This document shows positions 1-12,200 of a DNA stretch of 64,000 nucleotides, piece by piece (position 1 is the stretch's first letter; every line of letters starts with the position of its first letter). Source of the DNA: a virus (lineage: Duplodnaviria; Caudoviricetes); IMG/VR virus record IMGVR_UViG_2660238657_000001, positions 32,001 through 96,000 of that record. One strand, given 5' to 3'. The translations under genes and the position numbers were made by a program. Under the pieces are notes generated by a model. That model worked only from the letters and a program-made list of their open reading frames with translations. It did no database searches and was not told the origin of the DNA.

Positions 1-469
1 GAGTGCCATAAATTGCAAATAACAAACCGTATTTGAATTTTGCTTTCTCTACTAACTCTTCTATTTTTTTTAATACTTCTATTGCAAAACTATTATCTTC
101 ATGGATATGTTTACCCGTCATTAAGTAACTTGCTTCCGTTAATCCTATATAGCCGAAACTCCACGTGAATGTCTTTATAACTTCTTCGATTCTATCATCG
201 GGTTGTAATTTCATATGAAAACCACCTTCACAAAACATTAATGGATTTGATGAAGCTTTGACATCTTTTAATTTGTTATATGTATATAAATGCACTTTTA
301 ATGCTTTTTTAAAGTTTTCTTCTAATAATTTAAAATATTGTTCCTTGTCTCCCTTTGATTCGATAGCATATCTAACTGTATTTAATGTTATTGCACCACA
401 GTTTGCTCTACCTGTGAATACTGGCTTGTTTGAATTGGGTGGGAAATAAGGTGATAAATAAGCTCTACA
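1..469 (-). CDS. nrdD: Anaerobic (class III) ribonucleotide reductase, exon 2 (runs off the window edge)
   Basis: Minus strand from 469 reads CRAYLSPYFPPNSNKPVFTGRANCGAITLN, the continuation of the conserved SPMG-CR...GR.N.G motif. Confidence 0.92.
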
Positions 470-1405
470 CACGTTATTCTATTATTTCTAATAGCGTGGA
501 CTATCTCTTTGCTCCAGTTGCCCAAACCTTCATCACACCTTGCACTTCCAAATAAGGAATTTCACCTTAAATGTACTCTACTCCCTTCCATCATTACATG
601 ACGTGGTTTCGATAGTCTCTACACCTTTTAACTTAATAAAATCACTATAATATTGAAATTTGTAGTGTTTATATGGACTTTTAGTTCTACCTTTACATCT
701 AGAGGAAATCATAGATTTGTTTGTAATATGGGTATATTTTTGTACGTCTGTCATGCTATCAAAAATTAAATATTCATTTGTATTTATATCAATAACTACG
801 ACTTTTTTTGCATTAGGATTTAAACTACCATTTTTTCCAAACATACCATTTTTTTGTCCCTTTAATCCACCGTATTTACGCATAGGGTTATTATCACCCA
901 ATTTAGACATACGTATTTTTTGTGATATTGCTTCTTTATTAGGATGATTACTTAATGTGTCGCCTCCACATTTTCCTTTAGTTGATTTGCTATTATAACC
1001 TTTATTAATAGCGTTATATTGTTCTATCCAATACATTTCTTTATCATCTAATTCCTCTTGAGTATTGGCAGTATCTATTTGTTCTATTGCAAAATTTTCT
1101 ACTCCATATTTTCTAATAGCTCTATAAAATTTAGTATCATGTTCGTTTTTTTGATATCCCATATGTCTTTTGAATCTTTTTTGTAATGTTTCACTAGTTT
1201 GACCTATATAAACTTTTCCATTTAATTTGCAAGTAATTTTATAAATTATCATAGTTGCATACTTCACCTCCTTATGTATATTTTATTAAGTTAACTTGGC
1301 ACGGTATTAGCATATCCTAAGACTTAGCCTTCACCGTTAGCAGTATCGTTACTACACCCTATATTTATAGGTTCACAAGGTTTTACATGAGCCGTATTAC
1401 TGTTG
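470..1405 (-). mobile_element. Group I intron in nrdD (936 nt)
   Basis: Exon 1 ends in U (GGT), intron ends in G; core elements GCTAACGGTGAA, GCTAATACCGTGCCAAG, GTAGAGACTA and AGAGATAGTCC; splicing restores SPMG|CRAYL. Confidence 0.93.
578..1267 (-). CDS. Intron-encoded GIY-YIG homing endonuclease with NUMOD-type DNA-binding tail
   Basis: IIYKIT..NGKVYIGQT..R..H, E..WI, GYN motifs; lies inside the intron. Confidence 0.92.
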   Translation of the reverse strand: MKYATMIIYKITCKLNGKVYIGQTSETLQKRFKRHMGYQKNEHDTKFYRAIRKYGVENFAIEQIDTANTQEELDDKEMYWIEQYNAINKGYNSKSTKGKCGGDTLSNHPNKEAISQKIRMSKLGDNNPMRKYGGLKGQKNGMFGKNGSLNPNAKKVVVIDINTNEYLIFDSMTDVQKYTHITNKSMISSRCKGRTKSPYKHYKFQYYSDFIKLKGVETIETTSCNDGRE

Positions 1406-2578
1406 ACCCATTGGACTTATCGCTAATCCATATTTATCAAACATTTCTCCTAAATATCCTGCATCTAAACTTAGTTGATCGGGATACATTCTTTTCATCA
1501 TGCACTCTAAAGCCATATCGTACAAATCGTAATTTATATCATTCTTTTGACCATTAATCCCATTTCTATGTAAAAATACTAGTTTGGGAAATACAGGTGT
1601 CAATCTTTGTTTACCTAATCCTTTCATTCTATTTTTAAGTATTGCTTTAGTTATCATTCTTCCTTCTTCTGATGTATCTAATCCAAATGTTAGTGTTACA
1701 AATGGTGTTTGAGTATTACTATTACTAATAGTATTAAGTCTAGTTTCTACGGCTTGAAATCCTTGGTCTAATGCACGTTCAACATATTTAAAAGCTAAAT
1801 CATTTATTTTATCTTCAGATACTAAACCTTGTAATTGTTCTCTGTAGTATTTTTTAGATTTTGCAATAGCTTTTCTAACATAATATGCACCTACAGTATC
1901 TATTTCAGGGACTGTAAATCCTCCATACTGTTGTGAACTTGCTTCTAGTATAATATCAGAGAATACTCTCATAAAAGATTCTGCACTTGTAGGTTCTGTA
2001 TAATTGATACCATTTAAATTAAATCCATCTTTTAGTAAAGATTCCATATCACATAAACAACAATTTAAAGAATTAAACAATCTGTCTCCTAGGTCGTGAA
2101 TATATATATCACCGTCTTTATGTGCTTTAGCACAATCTTTAGGCAATTCATACTCTAACATAATTTCTTTGGATAATTCACTCACTAAAATACCCTTTTT
2201 TGTGCTAACAAGCAAACTGTTTTTATTGGCATTTTCTTTATCGCCATCGTAAATAATTCTATGACTAGATTCTAATAAATTACTAAAGATTTTGCTAAAT
2301 CTTTTTTTATAATCTCTAAAACTCATATATTCTTTATATACTTCGTTATTAATGTCTTTTAACGATTCTTGTACGATTTCATGCATATCAGAAACATTTA
2401 TTACATTATCTTGTAGATTATTAACATTAATTATTTTATTGATTCCAATATGTAATTTATCTTTAAACTCTTTGTTTAATATTATATTAACTCTTTCTGC
2501 TGACTTAGAAACTGCATCAACTATTTTTTGAAAATCAAAGTCTTCGATCTGCCCATTTTTCTTTTTAATTGTTATCAT
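1406..2578 (-). CDS. nrdD: Anaerobic ribonucleotide reductase, exon 1 with N-terminal ATP cone
   Basis: IKKKNG..EDFD..KI cone, ENANK, AHKDGDIYIHDL, NCCL, QYGG, TPFVT, FPKL, SPMG. Confidence 0.95.
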
Positions 2579-2621
2579 ATAATTCCTCCGTTTAATAATT
2601 TATTTAATTTATTTTTATATA

Positions 2622-2852
2622 TTATTTATTTTGCACAATCTTTTTTCTCATAAATTCAAATACTTCACTTACCGTATCTAATTGTTCTAGTGTCATATAT
2701 GGTCTATGCTCAGTTATATATTTAATATATTCTTCTTGTAATTCATCAATATTCTGCATATCTGTATACCTCATTTCCTTTTGAAATTGTTTTAATTTCT
2801 TACAATGAATCTTTAACTTTTCCCTATCTTGAATCTTGACATTTTCTAACAA
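2622..2852 (-). CDS. Hypothetical protein
   Basis: 76-aa ORF with AAGGAG RBS. Confidence 0.65.
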   Translation of the reverse strand: MLENVKIQDREKLKIHCKKLKQFQKEMRYTDMQNIDELQEEYIKYITEHRPYMTLEQLDTVSEVFEFMRKKIVQNK

Positions 2853-2893
2853 ACAATCAACTCCTTTATATTAATTAATAATATTAATATTAT

Positions 2894-3607
2894 TTAAAAT
2901 CCCCATCTAACAATCTCCCCTCTATAATGTTTGATTCCTAGGTTGTCTATTTCTTTTCTACTTGCATAAGGCTTACATACATCTATTTTCATAGTATTAC
3001 TATCAATCCACCTAATATGTTTTGTACTACCATAATCAAGTGCTATTTTGATATAAGTGTTACCCTCATTATCTATTAGCTTTATTAAACTACCTAATGG
3101 TATATTTCTAGGTACTGCTATAGTTTGATATGTTAGTGCTTTTCCTAATGCGTTTCTATAAGCTCTTCCTTTGCCATTCTCCTCCTCTCTACCTGAGTAA
3201 TGACTAGCTGTTATATCAAATAGTCTGCCTTGATATGGATTATTACTACCTCTACTTAATCTTACTTCTTGTTTATGTTGTTGCTTTTGAATTGTTTCTT
3301 GTTTTTCTTTTTCTAATTTTTCAAGTTGTTCTTGTGCTTTATTAACCATTTCATCAAACTGTTGTAGTCTATAGTTTGTATCCTGAATTGTAATATTATC
3401 TTTTGTTATGTTATTTACTTGTAATAAATCTTTAATATTTGTATTGATTTGATTATCTTTAGTATCAATTATAACGTCTGTATTATTAACATTCACGTTT
3501 TCGCCAATGCTTACAGAAGTTACAACACATATACCAATAGTTGCAAATAATAAAATTAATTTAGTTCTTGTACTGTTGGCTATTATGTGTAATTTCCGTT
3601 TTAGCAA
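2894..3607 (-). CDS. Membrane-anchored/secreted 3D-domain (cell-wall lytic transglycosylase-like) protein
   Basis: N-terminal hydrophobic helix, coiled coil, SRG linker, TASHY, TIAVP..IPLGS, ALDYG, IDV motifs. Confidence 0.7.
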   Translation of the reverse strand: MLKRKLHIIANSTRTKLILLFATIGICVVTSVSIGENVNVNNTDVIIDTKDNQINTNIKDLLQVNNITKDNITIQDTNYRLQQFDEMVNKAQEQLEKLEKEKQETIQKQQHKQEVRLSRGSNNPYQGRLFDITASHYSGREEENGKGRAYRNALGKALTYQTIAVPRNIPLGSLIKLIDNEGNTYIKIALDYGSTKHIRWIDSNTMKIDVCKPYASRKEIDNLGIKHYRGEIVRWGF

Positions 3608-3650
3608 ATAACCACCTCTTTATATGTATTTTGATTTAATTTTATTCTAT

Positions 3651-3875
3651 TTAGTCATCATTTTTATTTATATTACTCTCATCTATTTCTATACTTTTGT
3701 TAACTGCATATCTTAGACATTTTGTACATTTAAAACACTCAATACCTTTTCCTCTTAGCTCTCCTTGAGGACATCCTATGAAATGTTTAATCTCTTCATA
3801 TTGTTCTATAATCTTTAGCATTTCTTGTTTCTTTTTAATTTTTAAATCATGTAAGTTTACCATTATATCTACCAC
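3651..3875 (-). CDS. Small Cys-rich hypothetical protein
   Basis: 74-aa ORF, C..C..C. Confidence 0.55.
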   Translation of the reverse strand: MVDIMVNLHDLKIKKKQEMLKIIEQYEEIKHFIGCPQGELRGKGIECFKCTKCLRYAVNKSIEIDESNINKNDD

Positions 3876-3897
3876 CTTTTAATTCTATTTTATATGC

Positions 3898-4194
3898 TTA
3901 ATCTTCTCTCCAACCACAACTATTACATTTTCTTATCATCTCTCTTTCGTATGTATCCTTACCCCACGCTTCGGCTAAATAACTTTGTTTTCCCTCTTTA
4001 GCTATTATATCTCCTCCACAGTTTGGACATATATTATTTTGTTGAGATATTCCTTCTAATTGTTCTTTGAATTGTTTTACTAAATCGCTTGAATGATAAC
4101 GTTCTATGTGACTTATAAATTCATTTACTATTGAAAATGTTTCTTGCCAATCTTTTGTTGCTTCATATATGTAACTAATTATTTCATATGGGAT
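3898..4194 (-). CDS. Zinc-ribbon protein (98 aa) with apparent non-canonical ATC start; absent from the ORF track
   Basis: Open frame IPYEII...CPNCGG...CNSCGWRED* preceded by AAAGGAAG RBS. Confidence 0.6.
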   Translation of the reverse strand: MPYEIISYIYEATKDWQETFSIVNEFISHIERYHSSDLVKQFKEQLEGISQQNNICPNCGGDIIAKEGKQSYLAEAWGKDTYEREMIRKCNSCGWRED

Positions 4195-4235
4195 GTTAAC
4201 ACTTCCTTTCTCATATTTTAATTTAACTTTATTAT

Positions 4236-4442
4236 TTAAACAAATCCTATTTGATGAATATTTTCATCAATCACTATTAAAGTATCCTTTGGACAATTAT
4301 ATCTAATGTCCTTTATATAGCCTATCATTTGACCGATGTCGGTAAAATGATTATAAGCTACGAATCCCAATTTTGATATTCTTATTACTTTACTATTTAA
4401 CATACAAACCCTTCTTTCTTCATTATTATATTTTAATCTCAT
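4236..4442 (-). CDS. Hypothetical protein (likely starts at the internal MLNSK)
   Basis: ORF downstream of a sigma-A promoter. Confidence 0.55.
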   Translation of the reverse strand: MRLKYNNEERRVCMLNSKVIRISKLGFVAYNHFTDIGQMIGYIKDIRYNCPKDTLIVIDENIHQIGFV

Positions 4443-4488
4443 CTTAATATCTTTTGTTTGTTTGCTTGGTTATCTTTGGTATGTTTAT

Positions 4489-4517
4489 ATGTTATCATGT
4501 TAATTTTGAAATGTCAA
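4489..4517 (-). promoter_or_regulatory. Sigma-A promoter
   Basis: TTGACA-17bp-TAACAT with extended TG. Confidence 0.7.
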
Positions 4518-4708
4518 CTATTTATTTTAATTAATTTTTATATATTTTACATTCTTTTATAAATTATTTTTACACTGTTAACTTTACATTTATCAGCTTT
4601 TAAAAATTATAACGTATCTTGCATTGGCTTAAATTGTAAATTTTATTGTATTTTATTGTATATATTATTCATTTATAGTACAATAATATCAATGAAGGGA
4701 GTGATTTC

Positions 4709-5446
4709 ATGGAGGCTATTTATCCTATTAAAAAACATAAAAATAAACCCATTAATAATGTAAATGACTCAGTAACACCATTACAATCAAATATATATCT
4801 TATGAAAATGTCTAATTTTCAATCTAGGCTTTACTCTAGTATCATTGATGCTTTTGCTAGATTAGAAAATACATTCAATATAGATTTATCATATAAATGG
4901 TTTAATTTAAAAAATAATATAAGATCATCAGTTGATTTAAAATTTTATAGACCATTATTTAATTTACAATCCAAAATTAATATATGTAATAAAAATCTAC
5001 TTGAACTTCAAGCGAAACCTATTAAAAATTCTCAGGCACTACAATCTTATATGAATCAATTGAATGATATAACAAGTAAAATATCTGCTATAGATGTACC
5101 TTCTAGTCTAAACACATTTGTATGCGTTGAAAACGTTTTACCAAGCTCAATAAATGACTTTTGTAATTATGTAGAAGATAATCTTAGTAAATTTGATGGA
5201 GATGTAATATATAAATCTCAAGCTGATCTATCTAATTTAAGCGAGATTAAATCCATAAATTTTAAATATTGGCTTGTACTGGTTGTATCAGTCATTTCTA
5301 TGATTATTTTATATTCGAGCAAAGTTGTTCCATCTAAAACCTCTGATATGGATAAACAGTATTATATTTTGGTTGATAACTTGTTAAATAATATAAATAG
5401 GTGTTTAAAATATATTAGCATCAAAACGTCAACATTAAATAAATAG
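4709..5446 (+). CDS. Hypothetical protein with C-terminal transmembrane helix (opposite-strand accessory gene)
   Basis: 245 aa, GGAGTG RBS, hydrophobic YWLVLVVSVISMIILY. Confidence 0.7.
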   Translation: MEAIYPIKKHKNKPINNVNDSVTPLQSNIYLMKMSNFQSRLYSSIIDAFARLENTFNIDLSYKWFNLKNNIRSSVDLKFYRPLFNLQSKINICNKNLLELQAKPIKNSQALQSYMNQLNDITSKISAIDVPSSLNTFVCVENVLPSSINDFCNYVEDNLSKFDGDVIYKSQADLSNLSEIKSINFKYWLVLVVSVISMIILYSSKVVPSKTSDMDKQYYILVDNLLNNINRCLKYISIKTSTLNK

Positions 5447-5723
5447 ATTTATTAGGAACTTACTTTTAATTAGTAATTTTTAAGTAAGTTTTTATTTTTT
5501 CTCCTTTATCTATAGTGTACTTTGCTTGTATATTTTTATATACATAATTACAAGTATTTCTATCATTATCTTTGGTTCGCAATCGTTCCTATTAATGTTT
5601 TTAATTAATTAGTACAAATATATAAAATGTGAGTTTTATCGTGTTCAATAAAATTATCCTGCCCCTATTCTTGTAAGATTCCATTAAAGAAATTATCCAA
5701 TTTATCATTGCACTTTAAATTTT

Positions 5724-6422
5724 GGCTCTGTTTTAGACAATGGTTGATAATTAAACATATAAAAGTGGACAAATTCATTTGTCTACTTTTATTCTAAATT
5801 AAAATATATTAAGATTGCTCAAAAAATTTACTCAATCTATTGTTTATCTTTACCACCATTCTTATAAGTTCCAAGTAAAATAAATCCTGCGGCAGTAGCA
5901 ATAGCAAGCATAATATTATCTTGACCAAACGGATTCGATATAATAGAATATACCAAATATATTGTACAAATTAATAATACACAAATTATGATACCACGCA
6001 AAATTTTACTATTCTTAAGCACTTAAATCACCCCCTATTTATCATATTATACATAAATTACATACTATAATTCCAGTAATTATTTGTAAAAAATAAATTT
6101 ATATAAATATTGGTTGCCTTATTTTAAAATCCTTTATCATAGTATAACTATGAGGTATATTACTATGAATTATCAATTTTTTAGTTCTTACAGTTTCTTT
6201 TTCAGAACTGAATGTATTTATCCATTTATGCCACTTCATACAGTTGTTTAGATATTGGGTTGCAACACCATTAAACCTACTCATCCATCTCTTTAAATTA
6301 GAGTGTAGGCTATTTATATGATTTATATAGTATATATCTTCTTTATGTCTACCTCTTTTGATTCTCTTGTGTTCTAACTCCACATTAGGATACTGTTCTT
6401 TATCTACTTCAGGTAAGAACAC
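5724..6422 (-). mobile_element. IS1595-family remnant: transposase C-terminal fragment (6099-6422), probable terminal repeat at 5724 and an intervening passenger gene
   Basis: YYINHINSLHSNLKRWMSRFNGVATQYLNN matches the IS1595 C-terminal signature; GGCTCTGTTTTAGACAATGGTTGAT resembles Firmicute IS1595 ends. Confidence 0.7.
5837..6022 (-). CDS. Small two-TM membrane protein
   Basis: 61 aa, two hydrophobic helices, GGGGGTG RBS. Confidence 0.65.
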   Translation of the reverse strand: MLKNSKILRGIIICVLLICTIYLVYSIISNPFGQDNIMLAIATAAGFILLGTYKNGGKDKQ

Positions 6423-6504
6423 CTCTTATCTTTAGTGAGAGATCGTATACTAATCGCTAAAGTTCACCTCCTTTCGATATATACACTTTTTAGTGTATAA
6501 TAAG

Positions 6505-6828
<324 letters not shown>

Positions 6829-7025
6829 GCTATTTTAAAATATATTTTAATTCATTCTTATTATAAGATAAAACATTGATTTTATGGTCATCTTTTAGCT
6901 TGAAAACACGAGTAAAACAGAGTATTTGAGAGTATGTGTAAGTTTGTTTTTATTATTTTTGATTTTCCTCCCAAATAAAAAAATAATACTCATAAGGTTT
7001 TGTATATATTTACCTTACAAGTACT

Positions 7026-7054
7026 ATTATAGTATATTTATTTTCAATTGTCAA
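7026..7054 (-). promoter_or_regulatory. Perfect-consensus sigma-A promoter
   Basis: TTGACA-17bp-TATAAT. Confidence 0.85.
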
Positions 7055-7072
7055 TACTTCGTTCGATATATT

Positions 7073-9256
7073 TTAATTCATCTTTATTAATAGATCTTTA
7101 AGAAAGGTATTTCGTTGCAATTCAGCACTGTTTCTTAATGCACTATTAATTGTTTCTGGCAATGTAATATGCCATACCTTTTCTTTTGCTCTTGTAACCC
7201 CTACATATAATAAGTTTTTATTCAAGTTAAATTTGTGTGATGTAGGAGTTACTAATATCACATTCTTAACTCCACTTCCTTGACTTTTATGTACGGTCAT
7301 AGCATATGCTAATTGAATTTCATCTAATTTATCCTGTGTATATGTAACCATATCTTTTTTATACTGTACATATACATATTTGCTATCAATTTTTTTAATT
7401 TGACCAATATCACCATTTGTTATAACCACTTCATCAAAATTTTCATTCATGGCTTGATAATTGTTTTTTATTTGCATGACGATATCACCTTCTCTGAATA
7501 CTTTATATCCGTATATTCTATAATGTTTGTTTTCTGTATGAGGGTTAATTTCTTCTTGTATTCTTTGATTAATTTCAATAGCACCATTATCATTTATATT
7601 TTTAGCACTTAGTACCATAATATCTAAAGGATCATTTCCTTCCTTTAACAAGTTTTTATATATGCCTATTATATAATCCATCATATATTCATTTTGAGTT
7701 GGTATAATACAGTAATCCTTATGTATGCCAAATGTAACAATATCACCACATTGTTTGTTATCAATGTACTTTTCACCATTTCTTATTTTAGTAGCAACTT
7801 GTAATAATCCACCTTCCCCATATCTAAATACTTTGGTAAGTCTTGTAATAGGTAATATACCACTATTAATCATATCATAAGCACAGTTTCCGCAACTGAC
7901 ACTAGGTAATTGTGCATCATCTTGAACAAACAGTACCCTTGTACGTTTTAAATCAATTGCATCTAGTAAATGTTTCATTAAAGAAATATCAGTCATTCCA
8001 TTTTCATCAACAATAACTACATCACATTTTAGTTTGTTTTCTTTATTGTATATCCAACCCTTTTTAGGATTATATTCTAGCTTTCTATGTATAGTTCCTG
8101 CGTCCCTATTAGTAAATTCACTTAATACCATAGCTGATTTTCCTGTAGGTGTCATTAATATATATTCTAAGTCATTATCATCACATAGATTAATTATAGA
8201 TGATACTGTGGCTGACTTTCCTGATCCTGCATTTCCAACTAATAAACTTATATTATATTCACAAAAATTCTTTAATACTCCTTCTTGTTCTTTAGTTAAA
8301 TCCATGCCGTTGCTTTTATAGTATTTACTATAATCTATCAGTAATCGTTGAGAACTCTTATATAAAGTTATTAGACATTCAGCTATGTATTTTTCCGTTT
8401 GATAAGAATTTGTAAAAGCTATCCTTTTACTACTTCCTTCAACATATATATCTTTATCTTGCAATGCACTTACAAAATAATCATTCACTGATTCTTGACA
8501 TAAGTTATTACATTGTTGAAATAAATTATCTAATGATATCCATGTATTACCTTTTTTTTCATTTTCACTTAGTAAAAATTTAATACAAGCTCTCATTCTA
8601 TGTAAAGAGTTTTTTAAATTACTATCAGAGAAAGCAGATAATATTTTCTTATCTGCTTTTTTAAATGATATTCCACTAATCAAACATAGTGTTCCATATG
8701 GATCAATTGCCATCATTTCTTTAATTCTGTCAACTGATGTGAATTCTTTGTACATCTTTTTTGCTTCTGATAACGTTACTCCATAATCTGAAAATTCATT
8801 GACAAAATTCATCAATGGAAATGATTCAATTACTTTACGCTTAACGGAATCGAATGTCTTTTCTTTAATACCTTTGGTTTTGTTTAAATCTACATCGTCT
8901 AAGTCATCATTAATAATTTTATCAATTATATCTGGATATACGAACAACAATGTTTCAGCTTGTTTTACAGTTATTATTTCCTTTAAGAACTTTTTGATTG
9001 CTGTTTGAGTTGTTGGTTTGTCTCTTTCTATATTAATAACTTCATAACCCCATTTGTTTTCTATACCTTTTATTGAGTATTCTATTCCTAGTGTCAATTC
9101 AGGTAAATCACCTGAAATTGATACATTGCCATATTTATTATATTTTATTTCTTTATTATTTGTTGTAGGTGTTACTGCATATATCTTGAAATTGTTATTA
9201 TAACTACCAATTAATCTATCTATAACACCTTTAAATTCTATTTGTTTATCATTCAT
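7073..9256 (-). CDS. recD2: RecD2-like SF1 DNA helicase
   Basis: GNAGSGKS Walker A, PTGKSA, TIHRKL, VDE, QLPSV, LAYAMTVHKSQGS, LLYVGVTRAK. Confidence 0.93.
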   Translation of the reverse strand: MNDKQIEFKGVIDRLIGSYNNNFKIYAVTPTTNNKEIKYNKYGNVSISGDLPELTLGIEYSIKGIENKWGYEVINIERDKPTTQTAIKKFLKEIITVKQAETLLFVYPDIIDKIINDDLDDVDLNKTKGIKEKTFDSVKRKVIESFPLMNFVNEFSDYGVTLSEAKKMYKEFTSVDRIKEMMAIDPYGTLCLISGISFKKADKKILSAFSDSNLKNSLHRMRACIKFLLSENEKKGNTWISLDNLFQQCNNLCQESVNDYFVSALQDKDIYVEGSSKRIAFTNSYQTEKYIAECLITLYKSSQRLLIDYSKYYKSNGMDLTKEQEGVLKNFCEYNISLLVGNAGSGKSATVSSIINLCDDNDLEYILMTPTGKSAMVLSEFTNRDAGTIHRKLEYNPKKGWIYNKENKLKCDVVIVDENGMTDISLMKHLLDAIDLKRTRVLFVQDDAQLPSVSCGNCAYDMINSGILPITRLTKVFRYGEGGLLQVATKIRNGEKYIDNKQCGDIVTFGIHKDYCIIPTQNEYMMDYIIGIYKNLLKEGNDPLDIMVLSAKNINDNGAIEINQRIQEEINPHTENKHYRIYGYKVFREGDIVMQIKNNYQAMNENFDEVVITNGDIGQIKKIDSKYVYVQYKKDMVTYTQDKLDEIQLAYAMTVHKSQGSGVKNVILVTPTSHKFNLNKNLLYVGVTRAKEKVWHITLPETINSALRNSAELQRNTFLKDLLIKMN

Positions 9257-9269
9257 TTTCTCACCCTTT

Positions 9270-12200
9270 CTAGTTCAATACTTTTAGTGCCAATAATTTA
9301 TTTGATTTATTATTTTGATAAAATTCAGCTCTAAAAAATCCATTACCAACATAACCACTTAATGCTATCTTATCACCTCTTTTTAAATCAGAAGCGACAC
9401 TATTATATAAAATATCACCTAACTTAGCTATTACAATCCCACTATTAGTTAATAATACTATTTCACTATGTTTTTTAATTTTACCTGTCAATACTCCAAC
9501 AATAGTGTATAAATCTTTTTTCTTATAATAACCCACTTCATCCATGTTTAAATTAGGTATGTCTTTAAATTCATCTACATGATATTTTTCTGCTGAATCT
9601 TCTAGCCATGACTTAGAAAAATAAAAACTTGTACTTTCAAATTCCAAATCAGCCTCATTATTGTTCTTTACATAATCTAAATATGCATTGACTACTCTAC
9701 TTTTATTTATTAGTAAGGTATATTGGTCGCTATTTTCTTTTAAAACTTGTTTTAAATGTTTTAAATGTTTGTTATATTCAGATGTATATTTATTTTTGAT
9801 AATATTCAACTCATCATTTTCTATTTCAAAAGTATCATTGCTATAATTATTTTTAAAAGTCGTTATAATTTCATCATCTTTATATAAATTTAATTTGTTC
9901 TTCTTGCTTAATATCTTTTTATGCAAATCATATAATTGTTTTTCTTTGTAAAATTCTTTCATATCTATATCTGGATTATCAAATAACTCTGGAATTTGAG
10001 TAGTTGATACCTTTTGAATTAGTGATGTAACATTGTAAAAAACTTTCATTAATAAAAATTGTCTATCACATAACGTTGTACTATTTTCTTCAATTGGCAA
10101 CCCATCAAAACATCCGCTATTTATCAAACTAATTAAAGCTGACTTATCTATTTTTATTTCATCTTCAGCTATGTTGTTAACATTTTTGTTTATGAAGTCT
10201 TCAAATGATGTATATGGTCTTTTATTCATAATTTGCCTAGTTGTTGGTTCTCCTACATTGTATAATGACCCGATACCATAAAGTATTGAACCATTATATA
10301 CACTAAATCCTAAATCCGATTCATTAATATTAGGATGTACTACTTTAACACACAAGTCTTTGCATTGGGTTAGATATTGTGCTATTTCCATTCCATCTTT
10401 AGCATGACTTAATATTGTTTTCATAAAGTATGTAGGATAATGACATTTTAAATATGCGGTATAATAAGCTAACAATGCGTACGCTAATCCATGTGATTTA
10501 TTGAATCCATATAATGCAAAATCCTCCAAATCATCAAATACTTTTTTAGCTATTTTAATTTCTATCCCTTTATGTATTGCCCCTTCAATAACTACAGTAT
10601 ATTCAATATCATTTAAATACTCTTTAGCTAATTCATATGTAGTAGTACATCTTGTACCATCAATAGTAAATTCTACAAGACCATATATAAAATTATTTCT
10701 TTGTCCTAGTACATATTGTGCTTTCTTCTTTGCCATTCCTCTTCTTACAAGGTCGGCTTGTGAAAATGAAAATCCACCCATAGCCTGTAACACTTGCATA
10801 ACTTGTTCTTGATACACGCAGATTCCATATGTAGGTTTTAATATAGGCTCTAAAACTTCATGGTCGTATACTATTGGTTCTTTTCCTTCTTTTCTATTAA
10901 TAATATCATCTATGTACTTCATACTACCTGGTCTGTATGCTGATATGCCTAAGCATATATCTTCTATAGATTTAGGCTGTAACTTCATAAAGAATTTAGT
11001 CATATTGTAACTACCTAATTGAAATACACCATAGTACAAACCTTTTTTAAAAAACTCATATGTTTCTTTGTCATCTAATGGTATTTTTGTATATAGATCA
11101 TAAAAATCCATATCTGCCATTTTCATTACTTCATCTATGATTTGCAAAACAGTTGTACCTAATATATCACATTTAACCATTCCTAATTTCTCTGTAATAA
11201 CTTTATCAACTTGTAGCAATTGTTCATCATTATCTCCCTTTTTCATACCACAGTATTGGTATATAGGTTTAGAAGATATAACAACTCCACAATTATGTAC
11301 AATTATATTATTAACTGTATATGAATTATCATCTAATACACTTAAATTATATACTTCTTCAGTATTACTATTTTGATTTAAATATCTCAAAGGTGTCCAT
11401 ATGTAATCATCTTCATAAAAAGCATGTTCTTTTAATTTAATATGTTTTGAAAACTTACAATCATATTTTTCTTTTGAGTATACCTTACGACCTTCTATAA
11501 ACTCTATTCGTGGTTTTATTACTGTAAATCTACAATGTTTTTTATATACTTTATTAATACAAGCTGAAATACCTAACGCTAATTGTTTACTAACTGTTTT
11601 AAACCCATATATATCACATTTAGCATCATAGCTACCATCTGCACTTAAATAACCTTCTAAAAAAGACTCTAGTAAACTTACAGGTAAATCTAATATATCG
11701 TTTGTTAATCTTTTACCATAAGCGTATTTTCCAAACTGTTGAACATAATTATACAACTCTTTGTTTTTTATAAATATTTTATACGTAGTATTAGCTCTCT
11801 CATATCTATATTCAAATAACCCGTTTATATGATTTGTTATTTCATTTAATTCATTTGCACTGTTTTTATCACAACAAATAATAAATCGTTTTTGATTAGT
11901 ACCTTTGGGACATTCACACCATCCATCGCCCATATATCTTCCTATAATCCACCAAAAATTATTATTATCAAATGGCAAGTTAACATTGTATTTTGGTATA
12001 ATAGAATTTTTATTTATAGCTATTCCCATCATGTACTCATCATTTAATTCTTTAGCAACCTTCCATTCAGGTATTGTATAATTTCTAACGTGATTATTGA
12101 CTATCTTTTTTCTTACAAGAAATGGGTGGTTTCCTGTAGTTGTAATAGGCAATGTATTAGCTATGGATAATGTATAAATATCATCGCTTGTCCTTTTCAT

